Source: the human T2T-CHM13v2.0 reference genome, Homo sapiens
DNA length: 64,000 nucleotides
Direction: 5' to 3' (one strand)
Assembly: GCF_009914755.1 (NCBI RefSeq)
Contig: NC_060938.1
In this document: positions 22,538 through 35,149 of the stretch, in pieces
How positions within the stretch are numbered: the stretch's first letter is position 1
Layout: every line of letters starts with the position of its first letter
Translations under genes and position numbers: made by a program
The notes under the pieces: model-generated
Told to the model about the DNA's origin: nothing
The model's input: the letters and a program-made list of their open reading frames with translations, nothing else
The model's database searches: none

Positions 22538-24723
22538 ATTGTTATATATATATATATTTAGCTGTGTTCCATATAGAGGACAATCAATAAATACAATTTC
22601 TCATGCCTGTGTTCCTCAGATGTCTGGAGTGTGGTAAGGACATGTCACAAGGTTAAAATTCAGAATGGAAACCTCAGAACCTGTCATTCTCTGCAGATCT
22701 GTAACATCTCAGGGAAGCAGAAAATCCAGCATTTAGAGCTCTGTTTCTTTGTTCTTTTGATGAAACACTTATTGTTCATGGAAAAACATCTATTTTTGTT
22801 TTCATTTCGCTCTTGTCTGTCTACAGAGATACTTTCAGGCAGAGGCAAGATTTCGTTATTTCAGAGACCTGTGAGATTCTCAGTAGGCAAACACATCTTT
22901 AAAAGACAATATTTCAGTTTTGCGTGTTAATATATTGCAGAAAAAGAAAATTCAATGATAAATATATTTCATTGAACTCAAAGGTTTGTAAATCAGATTA
23001 TTGTATGATAACCATCTTTCCCTCATTTATACTATAATTTCTGAAGTATGATCCAACCAAAATTAAACCCTGGAGAATAAAAAGATTAGTCCTCAAGAAT
23101 ATAACAAACTTAAAATTATACAGTTAACCAAGCACTGATAATTTCATAAGAAATATCCTCACAATTTGTCATTTTCAATGTTATGCTTTGGCCATAGTAT
23201 AGCAGAATGAAGTGAGTTCAGATTTCAGAGCAAGACAAATCCATATTTAAATACTGGTTCAGCATAATAGTCTTCATCTCTAAAATGGGGTTGATAAATA
23301 AAATCATGTAAGTATTTTGGTTCATAATTAGATATTTGTTAATAACAGGAATAAAAATTGCCTCATATTGGTAATGTTACTGGCAAACTCAGAAAATGTA
23401 CAGAAGCAAAAAATTAACAATGATATATGGGAAAACAAAAACAAAAACCTTTTATAAAAAATACTTTTTTTATTTTTAAAATTTGCCATCTTTGAATAGT
23501 CTTTTTTCCCTGTACCCACCTTATTCTCCTATCTACTGTCACTAGAAATTTTTAGTAGAAGTAGTGAATTTAGCTGTAATAGAAAAACTGTGCTATACAC
23601 TGATACTTAAACACTTTTTTAAAAAATTAAGAGTCAGGGAAAAATGCACTTTAATATCATAGGGGACTTCAGGCACTATTCCAGGTGTTTATATCACATC
23701 ACCTGATACTGAGCTAAGTCACTATTTGGTGTTGCTTAGCTACATGAAATGGGGCCCTATGATAATGGGAAAAGCAGGAGTGTTTTGTCACCCAATCTCC
23801 TAAAATGTTTGGAAAAATCGTTAATGGAAATCTTCCTTCACCCGTGTATTTTTATCTCCACACAACAGCTAACATTTTTATATTGCCTTCTATATTATTT
23901 GATGCAATTTCCTCAAAACCAGAGTAAAGGCAGTTGGAAAGACTATTTTTATTGTATCCTCCTTTTTAATTTGTCACACTGTGTTTTCCTTAATAGCTGA
24001 GGAAACAGAGGCGCAATTGGTTAGATACTATTCCAAGTTAATTCAGTTGAACTCTAGAGGAGTTTCCTTTCACTCAAAAATACTTGGTTCAATTATTTGT
24101 AGATGATAAGTGGGTGGGGCAAGGAAGTGGGCAATGGATAAGAGCATTAGACTGAAGCTTCTAGAGCATAAACCAGAGGATAACACCAGGATAAATGATT
24201 AACGTTCCTCTTGGTGCCTAGAAATAGTTCATTTATGTCACAATAAATGTCACCACTGTATGAAGAGTAAAGATAATTCAGGCTACTAAGTATATCACCA
24301 TGTGTTCTTGGGAACAAGACGGTCATGAACTCCAGGGACTTCTCCTTCTTACTTCAGTGTTAAAGTGTGGATGCCCTGCAGAGTCTGTGACTTTATTAAG
24401 AATTGTCGATATTCTTACTACTGATGGCAACCATAACTGAAGAAGCTTGCAAAATATAATTCAAAATCAGATTGAAGTTAACTAGGTAACATCTTGCATA
24501 GAGTATGTGCATACAAGTTGTAGTTTGTTTCCCATTCAATATAGTATGCTTGTCTTATGCATTTATTTACCTAAATTTACAATTCAGGTTTCTATACAAG
24601 GATTTTTTTTTTTGCAATCTCTGTCCCATCTTCCAAATAATCCATGCTTTTCTCTGTTGTCCTTTTTTGCTCCATGCCCAGAAATCTTCTGTCTGTGAAA
24701 TGTAAATAAATAGAAATAGAAAC

Positions 24724-24980
24724 TGTATGAGGTTATGAGATCTACTCTGGAATTAGATGGGTTTGATTTTGAATTCTGGTCTGGCTATTTGTGAGCTGTG
24801 TGACCTTTGACAAGTTACTGAGCCACAGTTTCCTTATTATAAAATAGTCATAATAATAGAACCCACATGGAGAGTTTGTCATAGTAATTAATCGTTACTC
24901 AGTGTAAAAATAAAAGCATCATGCCTGCCGTATAGTAAGCACTCAATCAATGCTAGGTCTGCTGCTGCTGCTGTTGTTAC
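24724..24980 (+). mobile_element. MIR, near full length
   Basis: 'gagctgtgtgacctttgacaagttact...catgcctgccgtatagtaagcactcaat'. Confidence 0.8.
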
Positions 24981-26262
24981 CAATGCTAAGGAAAGTGTGA
25001 TTTCATAATCATGTGTCTTTCAGGTTTAAATGCTTTCACTATCTCTGTTTTTTATGTATTTGTTTATTTACTTATTCATTCAACAAATATTTTGATGATT
25101 TATTCTTTCAGGAGGCCTCATGAGACTGCAGATGACCAGTTACAGGAGAATCATCAGAAAGAGAACAAGAAAGACTGAGGTAAAAATGACTAACGGTGTT
25201 TTTGTGCTCCCTTCCTGCTTTCCTTTGAAGGATAATCATTGGTTTATCAAAAAATGTACTTGCCATGAATTATATCACATGCTCCTAGAAATATGAGTTA
25301 TATAGAAATGTTGGAATATAAGCTATGTTATATGGAGTCTTTTTGTTAACAGGAATTTTCCTAATTCTTTATGATTCTCTGTGCCTATATGAATCCAAAG
25401 CTGTTTCATTTTATTTTGTGCCCAAATACTTTATTATAATCATAATAACAAGCCTACAATAATTTTGCAGGCTTGCTAATAGAGAGCCTACAGTTTGTTG
25501 TTTATCAAGCCAGCATTTGAGTTAGGCCTCATAAATATGCCCACACCTGAGGCATAAATTGTATGCTAAATAGGAAGGGAAGCCTGTGCTCTGCAGAATA
25601 GTTCACTGAGGAGAGCCTCTCTAAGCTGTGAGATTCTAAAAAAGGACTAAAAATTTGGAGATAATTGTCTCTACTCCATGCCCAATGGACACATCCATAT
25701 AGAAAATATCCCTTTTATTAACTTCACTTTTTTTTAGAACAAACTTTTCAACACACCCCTTGCCATGAGCAAGGTGGATATGATAAGGCAACCAACACTC
25801 TGACACAATAATAGAGCTCTAAGCCAAGACAGTTTCAATGTGACCTTTCATTTTCTCTAATTGCCTTTCTCTTATTAATCCTGATCTGCCTATTATTGAT
25901 AGTATCATTACGCTATGCTTCTAATGACTTTGCCTGGGAGGATCAGGAGTTTTTTAAATATTTGGAATGTTATTTAGCAGAAAAACTTGGTGGGGAAGGA
26001 AAAGTATCATAATTAAAAGTAACAGTTCTCAGGCTTTCTCACTACTCTTTCTACCTAAATCCTAACCATCTCTTAAAATATACCTTAGCTGCTGCATCCT
26101 CCATGAATTTTCTTGGACTGCATTAGTCCAATGATTAGATTTTTGCTCTTACTATTCATTTGACTCAACTGATACTTTTTATGCCACTCTAATCTATGGT
26201 ACATTATTTATATAGATTGTCTTAAGTCCTTCACTGAGTTGTAAGCTCTTTGAGGTTAATAC

Positions 26263-26378
26263 TTAGGAATATGATAATACAATGTGAATAAGTCTCATTG
26301 TCATTTCTTGTCACTTTCTTGTTACTTTCTCAATAAGCCTCATTGAGGCTTATTCTCATTGTATTCTCATGTTTCTAA
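26263..26378. repeat. Imperfect inverted repeat, 38-bp arms with 40-nt spacer
   Basis: 26263-26300 versus reverse complement of 26341-26378: 32/38 identical. Confidence 0.8.
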
Positions 26379-26419
26379 ACACTATTCTCTCTTCCAATAG
26401 TAAATTTTTATCATAATCA

Positions 26420-26660
26420 TATTGATAATATTAATGCCATTTTATATTTATATTATTTATTTGGTTTAACAAAATATTTTCTTGTATATGATCTTTTCAA
26501 TTCTCCCCACTGTCCTGTGTGTGAGGTGTCTACTCTAATTTTAGAGATGAAAAAGTAGAATCAAATGAAAATTTAAGTTATTTATCAAAAGTCAAAACAT
26601 ATCATAGAATTTATTGATTACTAAGTAGGAAGATTTCAGTATTGTTGTTATCTCAACTCT
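26420..26660 (-). mobile_element. MIR
   Basis: 'tactctaattttagagatgaaaaagtagaatc...aagttatttatcaaaagtca'. Confidence 0.55.
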
Positions 26661-26943
26661 GACTTTATTGTGATTAATGCAGTAAAGTAGAAATAAACTC
26701 ACAAAATTTTTACACTTGGAAAAACCCAAGAAGGATAAAGGCTCTCAGATGAATGGGGACAGGTTACATATGACTCATTATCTTTGGATATGCATATGCT
26801 GTTCCCCCAGTAGGAAGAAAAAAGAGGAGGCAAAAGCAAAGTTACTGCTTCCACCTGAATCACTTTTATGTGAATTAGAAAGAGGCTCCTCCTCTGCGTA
26901 GTGCAGCACTGAGTTGATGGTGCATTGAGCCATTTGCCTCCTG

Positions 26944-26964
26944 CTCAGCACCTTGGACAGCACC
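26944..26964 (+). promoter_or_regulatory. REST/NRSF RE1 silencer element
   Basis: CTCAGCACCTTGGACAGCACC matches NTCAGCACCNNGGACAGNNCC. Confidence 0.8.
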
Positions 26965-27309
26965 AGCCTGTTCAAATGCACGGCAGTCAGGTGTAAATGC
27001 TGGGAAATAGATGGCTGTGGAAGGGATTATATGGTCCAGTGTGGGTACTGGCATAGAAGGAATAAATTATATTGGACACGTGTATTGAGAGGGTCAATTA
27101 AGAAAGGAGTATAAGCTAACTGATACCTTTAGAAGTACTCCTTTTTTTGGCATAGGGTAAAAATTATTGTTACGGTTCTTTAGACCCATGTACTCTGGAA
27201 AAATAATTTTTCATAGTAAACAGAGAACAGAATTTAGGAAAGTTGATTCTATTTTTGGTTCAACTCAAGAGACATGAGCTCTTAAAATACCCAAAATCTT
27301 TTAGCATAT

Positions 27310-27580
27310 GAGTTATTTTAATCCATGTGCTATCCCATTCTTGAAGGTACATTTGAGAATCTCAAAAAGGGAAGTCATCCTCTCTCCAGAAAAATAAATA
27401 ACACATGCACGTAACTATTTCACAATTAGTTTTAGTGGTTACATGGGTGCATTTTGGGGTTTAGTGAGTCTGTTTCCAAACCTGGCTAGTTGTCACAATT
27501 ATTGGAGGTCCTTTCAAACATGCAGATTACCTGCCTCCACCATGGCAGATTCTGATTAATGAATTTGATAATAAGCCGAA
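27310..27580. mobile_element. hAT-Charlie MITE fragments (including MER5B-like 27466-27580)
   Basis: 'tttgagaatctc...tctctccagaaaaat'; 'tttccaaacctggctag...atgcagattacctgcctccac...agattctgatt'. Confidence 0.5.
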
Positions 27581-29404
27581 TATATTTGAATTATGCTCTC
27601 ACATACAAGGTGAGATCGAAGGAAGAAAAAGTCAACCAAGAAGAAGTGACAAGAAAAGTAGTTAAAGGCTGTTTTTATGCTGCCAAGCATAAACCAGAGA
27701 CAAATGTAGATATTTGAAAAATATACTTCAAGAGTGATTTTCTCATTAAAATATTTCTCTTATTTTGTCTATAATACTCATAAAATAAAGTAGATAATGC
27801 AAGGCAATGGGCAGAGGAAGGGTTTTTACAATATAGTGTGTAGAGGAAGGGCTTGCAGGAGGTAACACAGAGGGGAAGGTTCTCTTTCCACAGTTGGTAG
27901 CTTCCATAGAATCCCTGGTAGTATGACTAACCTGGAGGCATAAAACTTCTAGAAGATGATGTTGTGTTTTCACTTTGTTGGTGTGAATAGTTGAGTGAAA
28001 ATATCCAACTCATTTTAGGTGAGGAGGTGATTAATCAGTCATACAAAAATGATCAGTAATAATGAAGTTATAAGCAACATTCTCTGATGAAATCCACTCC
28101 CACCACAAAAAAAAAAAGCCTTGTAAAAGTTAACAGATTTGCATCGAGATGTTTTGAAATATTGAAAAAGTTTTCTTCATGAATTTTCACTGGGAAAACA
28201 AAATATACCATTTGTAAGAATTGCTTCTTTGCTGCCTCACACAAAGAAAACAGTATTGGGCTAAACATTACATGTAAAAGGATCCTTTGGGGGCAAAATC
28301 CCTATCATCAAGCATTGATTCCTTTCCTGTCTTCTGGTTTAGTACCAATTACAGAGATTAAATTTTGGTTTCTAATATTAATTAATATTGCAAATACAAC
28401 AAATTTACACGTTGATGAAAACAATATGTAGGGAATTTTTTTTTTCTGTCAGTAGAACTTTCCCCTAATTTGTTCCTCTTAAATTTAACTTGTTAAGAAA
28501 AAAATTGATGAGGTGTTTTATAGCAGAGTGAGAAGGACAAGGAAACTCATTAACACATTTATATGTAAACTGTTGGAGTTGCAGAGTATCATAGGGAATA
28601 TTAAATCTGAAGAGATCATATATCTCAATTCTTGTTCTGTGGACCTGAGGCATCTTATTTCTCTTCTAAAAGCCTCAGTTTTTATGTCTGTACATGATGA
28701 ATGGTTTTTGTGTGTGTGGTGGGAAGTACCCCAAATCCTGGAATCACATGTTTATTTATTAAACATTAGCAGAGTGCCTATTATATTTAAGTATGATGGT
28801 AGACCCTGGATGTCTAGATGTGATTATGACTCAGCTTTCCAAAAATGCCTGGAGCCTAGTGGAGCAGAGAGATGATAATTAAAGAAATTACAGGATAGTG
28901 TGATAAGGGGAAGGAAACAGAAGCAAGTGAAATGTGTATGAATCCATGAGAAGCACGGCTTGGGGATTATGTGATTTCTAAAATTTCTTCAACTATTTTT
29001 TAAGATGGGTCTTAATTTAGGACTTGATGGCGGATAGGAAAAGGATTCAAAAATGTGGCAGGGAACCAGTGCTCAAATTGGTGGGAAGGATTGAGAATCT
29101 TTGGAGAAAATGGAACTCTAACATTTGTTTCATTGTTGTGGCCTAAGCCTTCCTACCTCCCTCTGATTGTTGAGTAAAGTCTGTTCTGTGCACACAAGCC
29201 TCATGCAGTGGTTGTAGAAATCGAGGGAAAGCAGCCAAGTTGTAAGTATGAGGTGACATGAAACAGTGATAAAATGAACATCAGAATTAAACCAAAATAG
29301 AGTATTAAATTCAGAGGTGACCAGGAGAATTATAAACCTGTGGGAATTTAAAGAAATCTCATGCTGGGTTGTTAGTAACTTTTTACAAAAGAAATAACAA
29401 AAAC

Positions 29405-29866
29405 TGTGCTGGATTTTTTCCCCCATTGAAAAAAAAATCCACCTAGAATCACTCTTTATGCTTCTTCTCCATATTCTCTGCCCCAGCTGATCTTTATGGA
29501 CTTTATCAGAGGGTTCTCTTGTCCTGTGGCTTCTTATTTGTTTTGGGCAATAGGGAGCACTAGCAGGGAATGAGAGCAAGGAGGAAAATGAAGTGGGAAC
29601 TTTAGTTCTCTAACTCCATTTCTGCAGAGTTGCTACAGGCTGGTTGCCTACCTCCACCAAAGGTTGCATCTCAGTAGGCCTTTTTCTTCTGTCCCATGGC
29701 CTCTTCAGCCCTAAGAATAATAGCTCACTTGCAATTATTAGCCCCAGTGTACTTCTCTGCTCGTGATGATTTTCTTTACAAATGCCCTCACTTTAAAAAT
29801 GAACTCTTCTTATATTACCCATTTTGTGTGAACTAATTGTCTACTTTTGGAAGCATAACTAATATA
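29405..29866 (+). mobile_element. LTR33 ERVL solo LTR
   Basis: 'tgtgctggatt...agctgatctttatggactttatcag...cttgtcctgtggcttc...caatagggagcactagcagg'. Confidence 0.7.
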
Positions 29867-29916
29867 GAAGTTAAAACACTCACTTACACCATAGCTAAAT
29901 ATTGATAGGAAATCTA

Positions 29917-29917
<1 letters not shown>

Positions 29918-29948
<31 letters not shown>
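29918..29948. repeat. (AC)n microsatellite
   Basis: Direct observation. Confidence 0.95.
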
Positions 29949-29949
<1 letters not shown>

Positions 29950-30154
29950 CATTATTTAGATATAACTAAGAAATAGCAGCCGTTGGTGTTTCAACAATAA
30001 GTTAATAACACTAACACAGGCACTACAGTGAGTTCTGTGAAATTTTTGGTAAATGAAATCATAGATAATTTTGCCAAAGGAAATTTAGTCAAATAACCTT
30101 ATTTTGCAGGTGACAAACTTAGATTTTCCAAGAGACTAACTTGCTTGTTAACTC

Positions 30155-30667
30155 TTTTATTTTTATTTTTCAACTTTTATTTTAGGTACGGGGTGCATGT
30201 ACAGGTTTGTTACACAGGCAAATTGCATGTCACTGGGGTTTCGTGTACAAATGGTTTAGTTACCCAGGTGGTGAGCACAGTACCTGATAGGTAGTTTTTC
30301 AACCCTTACCCTCCTCTTTCATTGGCCCCTCAAGTAAGCCCCCATGTCTACTGTTCTCATCTCTGTGTCTATGCATACTCAATATTTAGCTCCCATTTAT
30401 AAGTGAGAATATGTGGTATTTGTTTTTCTGTTTCTATGTTAATTTGCTTAGGATTATGGCCTTCAGCTGTATCCATGTTTCTTCAAAGGACATGATTTCC
30501 CTTTTCATGGCTGTGTAATATTCTGTGGTGTGAATGTACCACATTTTCTTTATCCAGTCTACCATTGATGGGTATCTAGGTTGATTCCGTGTCTTTTCTA
30601 TTGTGAATGGTGCTACAATGAACATACATGTACATGTGTCTTTTTGGTAGAGTGATTTATATTCCTC
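30155..30667 (-). mobile_element. 5'-truncated L1 (L1PA15/16-like) 3' end
   Basis: ORF2 C-terminus 'MFIVAPFTI..TRNQPRYPSMVDWIKKMWYIHTTEYY' plus 3'UTR and tail. Confidence 0.9.
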
Positions 30668-30907
30668 TCATTACTCTGCTTTTAATGGCAGAATATGTAT
30701 GTGTGACTGTGTATGGGTGTATGTGTATATGTGTAGGCAAATTTCCTTGTTGCTTGTTCTCTCACTACTAAACAACAGCTGAGAATCTGAGAATCCTGTG
30801 GAGTAAGCTCAATTTCATCTGGCTTTTCCTACATTGTTCTTCCACAAAGCTGTTATGCATCTCTACATTTTCCCTTTCATTTGACGACAATTTGCCATAA
30901 AGATAGT

Positions 30908-30909
30908 TT

Positions 30910-30952
<43 letters not shown>

Positions 30953-30957
30953 TTTTA
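30908..30957. repeat. (TTTA)n microsatellite
   Basis: Direct observation. Confidence 0.9.
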
Positions 30958-31184
30958 ATTTGTAAGTCATTTCATGAGAATTCTTGCAGAAAAATGTGGG
31001 CACATAAAAATAAAGCCATCACCTTGAGATGAGCAAAGAGTTTATTGGTGTGTATGAGTTTCAATTTGGCGCCTCAGGTACAAAACATAAGACGTTCACA
31101 TTGTGATTTGATCACTAAGAGTCAAAACTGAGAATACATTTAGTCTATGGATGATAAATGTGTAAATGCCAATCACGTATTAAT

Positions 31185-31373
31185 CAATGTTTCTCAAATT
31201 CTAGCTCAAGAATTTCCTGCATCATAATTGATTGAGCTCTTTTTAGTATTAATACAGCTTCTTTGGTCCCACCTAAGACATCTGTCCTCAGGGCTTCTAA
31301 GGGCTCAGTCCAGGAGCTTTCATTTTAAAAAAAATTCTTGAAACACTTTCTGCATACACCTAAGTTTGAGACT
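31185..31373 (+). mobile_element. MER5-family MITE
   Basis: TIR-like 'caatgtttctcaaa' ... 'aagtttgagact'. Confidence 0.6.
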
Positions 31374-32869
31374 GTAATAATAGGTTTGGTAGAAAAAATT
31401 GAAAATTAAGTACATAAAATCATTGAGTTCACTCAGCCTGATGTTCAATTGTTCATTAGGCAAGAAAGCTGGCTTTTAAAATGTAATGAAAGACAATGGC
31501 TTTCTGGTATGGAATGGGTAAACAGATAAATTAGGTCCCCGGCATGTACTGAGCTCTGTGCTTTTGTGTTTTGACTTCGTTCTCCAGCAACAATAACTTT
31601 CCAAGTACAGCGGGCTGAGTGAAAAACACAATCACTGATTGATGGTCAGACCCCTATGGTGTTTTGAACCTTTAAAGAAGCTAAGGCTGGTGGCTGATTT
31701 GCGGTTGAAAGGGGCTAAATGTTCTCTCCTGGAGTTCAGGGAACCAGCTGCTTCCTGAGCTGGCAAAGGAGAGAAAACCTTGAGACAGAGCAGCTTCAAT
31801 TTGCATGAGATGTACTAAGCAATCCTCCAATTAGCTGGCTGTTGCCTCTCTTGATGGCTACCTTGGGGAGGAGATGGGGGTTGTGAACTTTGAAGTGGAT
31901 TATTAATTATTCATGCCTCCTTCGCCCTGATGGAGGTAACCTGCATCTCAGGAGCCAGGTCCAGCATTCATTATCTTCCTGTCTGTGTTTGCAATAAAAT
32001 AACACTGAATATTAATCCTTTCACCTTCATTCTTAACTCCCTCTTCCCCCTTCTCTAGTCTCTAGACAGATTATGCAGAATCATGCCTCTCCTTTAATTC
32101 TTCTCATCCCTCGTCCTCCTACATCATTTATTGTTTATTCAATTATTTGGAGGCCCATTAAACTGAGAATTAAGTTCAAGGGCTAGTTGCTTTCTTGAAA
32201 GCTCACCAGAATGCAATGTTTTCCACTCAAGTTTTCAATTTATTTATTTTTTAGCCTGTTTGTGATAATCCTGTCATGATTAGTGACTTGTCACCTGTTT
32301 TTTATTTCTATATTCTAAAATTTTAGGAGTTTCATGCTTTTTCTTAGAGTTCTCTAGAGACTTTACTGTCAGGTTTAATCGGGGTTTTCTAGTAAAAAGC
32401 AGAAGACTTGTTTTCTTGTCAGGTGTGGGTGTTTGTGTGTGTGAGTGCAAACCTATGTCTGTCTGTGCATTACTTTTCTTTCAGGGAGCCAATACACAAA
32501 TCTACACAAATCGGTACTTCTGAAAATTTAAGTTAATTAAATGAGAGATCACTAAGTTAAGTCTTCATAACAAAGAATAATCTCATTATATATCAAAAAG
32601 GGATTAATTCAGAGGTGGGTTAAGATTAGCTTGCAGAAGACTTGGTATGAAGATTTTTTTTAACTGAAAAGGTAAAACATAAAGAATGTTATCACGACAC
32701 GGTAATAGTTAATTGACCAAATGTAACGATAGTCACTGAGCTAATGCAAGAAATGTATTTGGTCAATCTTGGGGATTCTCACCATTACCTTCTTGACTTG
32801 GTTCTAGCTTTTTTTCTTTCTTCTTCATATTCTCTCTCTTTATCTTACTTTCTCTTTCTTTCTTTTTCT

Positions 32870-33895
32870 TTTTTATTAACTAAAACACATAGTTTACACT
32901 TGGGTTCACACTTTTAATCATACAGTCTATAGGTTTGACATATGTATAATGTTATGTACTCACCACTGTAGTATCATACAAGATGATTTCAGTGCCCTAA
33001 AAATTCTGTGTGCTCCATTTATTCATCCCTTCCTATCTCTGCCCTAGAATCCCTGGAAATCACTAATCTTTTTACAATCTCTATAGTTTTTCTTTTTCTA
33101 GAATATCAAATAGTTGGAATCGTACTCTATGTAGACTTTTCAGACTGGCTTATATCACTTAGAAATATGCACTTGAGATTCCTCTGTATTTGTCATGGTT
33201 GGAGAGCTCATTTCTTTTTATCACTGAATTATATACAGTTGCATGTAAGTGCCACAGTTTATTTATCCATTACCTATTGAAGTACATCTTGGTTGCTTTC
33301 AAATTTTCACAATTTTAAATAAAGCTTCTAGAAACATCCATTTGCAAGTTTTTATGCAGGCATAAATTTTAAGCTTAATACCAAGGAGTGTGATTACTGA
33401 GCTTATGTAAGACTATGTTTAATTTTGTAAAAAGCTATCACACTGTCTTGTAAAGTGGCTGCACCATTTTGTACTCCCAGCAACAGTGAATGAGAGTTTC
33501 TGTTGTTTCATATCCTCTCTAGTATTTAGTGTTGTCATTTTTGAATTTTAGCCATTCTAATACATGTGTAGTGGTACCTCATTGTGTTAATTTGCAATTT
33601 CCTAGTGGCATGATCTTGTGGATCTTGTCATGTGATTATTTGCCATCTGTTTATTTTCTTTGATAAAGTGTCTGATCAGAGAGTCTGCTCAAAGTTAATT
33701 ATGATATTTTCATATTGCCGAGTTTTAAGGGCTCTTTGTATATTTTGGATACAAGTCTTTATGAGATGTGTTTTTAGCAAATATTTTCTCCCAGTCTCTG
33801 GCTTTCCTTTTCATTCTTTTAACATTGAGTTTTACAAAGGGTTTTGATTTTAATGAAGTCCTATTTATGATTTTTTAAATGAATCATGCATTGTA
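32870..33895 (-). mobile_element. L1MC-like 3' fragment
   Basis: 'atagtttacacttgggttcac...gtgccctaaaaattctgtgtgctcc...aagtggctgcaccattttgtactcccagcaacagtgaatgagagtt'. Confidence 0.85.
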
Positions 33896-34114
33896 CCTTT
33901 TTTTTTTGCATCTTTCTTTCTCCTTTTTTCCTCTCTTCTTCAGAATTCAAAATAAATCCTGTGTGAGTCATGACTTTGTCACTTTCTATTCACATGATTT
34001 TGGATACATTTTATTTTTTATCTAAACCTTAGGTTCCAAGTTCCTTGTCTATTTAAGGGGAAATGATAATGTTGCTTACTTCCTGAGTTTGTTGAAAAGG
34101 TTATGTAAGATTAT

Positions 34115-34185
34115 TGTTATGGGCTGAATGTTTGTATCTTGCCCAAATTTGTTGTTAAAACCATACCCCCATTGTAATGGATATA
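34115..34185 (+). mobile_element. MLT1A/B-like LTR 5' fragment
   Basis: 'tgttatgggctgaatgtttgtatc...ccaaattt...ccccattgtaatgg'; ends at a (TG)n run. Confidence 0.55.
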
Positions 34186-34187
34186 TG

Positions 34188-34189
<2 letters not shown>

Positions 34190-34219
<30 letters not shown>
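34190..34219. repeat. (GT)n microsatellite
   Basis: Direct observation. Confidence 0.9.
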
Positions 34220-34222
<3 letters not shown>

Positions 34223-34465
34223 ATGATCCCAAATCAAATGTAGGTTTAACAGTGATTTAAACTGACTGTTTGCACCTAGTTCAAATTGGGAGGGTGAATA
34301 AGTTTTTGTTTTTGTTTTTGTTTTTTTTTTCATTTTGATGAATGAACTTTGGTGCATTAGTCTACTGAACTTGGATGGGTACTCAAAAAATGAGCCCAAG
34401 GCCATGTTTTAACCCTAGAATTGATTTGGTCAAGAGAACAATTTCATGTTAGATCCTTGTTGAGG

Positions 34466-34665
34466 CAGTGGTTTTCAAACTGTGTTCTGTGGAGCCTGAG
34501 GGATTTCAAAACTCCCCAGCTATGAGGAGAGAGCAGTGCTGCTGGGACTCTGAAGACCCCTCCCGCCTCCCACTGATTTCACCAGAACAGCTTTGCTTGT
34601 GTTAATAAGTTTTCATGTAAAATTATGCATGAAGGAATGGTTTTGCTGCTAACAAAATGTTTGGT
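34466..34665 (+). mobile_element. hAT-Charlie MITE
   Basis: TIR 'cagtggttttcaaactgtgttctgtggagcc'. Confidence 0.55.
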
Positions 34666-35149
34666 TTTCATCAAAATTATAAACTGGAGTTCAAGATTCT
34701 AAATGAGTTTACTGGTACTCTGTGTTAGAAAATGACTCATATATTTCAAGCCTTTTTTTCTGGGAAGAATTATATTAAATGCATTAGTTGTTCTTATATG
34801 TTTAGAAGGCCACTGGATCTGTTTTACTAAGTATGGTGGTTGATCAGTGAACTGTTTTTATTTGAATATCTTCAGTTCTTAAAACTGCCTATGACAGAGC
34901 CACTATATCTTGTCACGGATTCAACTCAAGTTGAAATACACTGAGGCTCATGGTCTAATATGTTTTCTCTCTCACTTGATTTATAAACTTGGCCTTTATA
35001 TTTTGAGAGCCAAGGATGTTGATGTAGACTGGAGACATAAATGATGAGGTTGTTTATTATTCTCTTTCTTCTCCAAAGAGATAGATCAAGCAAGGGTTAG
35101 AAGAACTTTATGAATAAAAATATAAAAGAAAAAGCCTCAATGGAAATGA

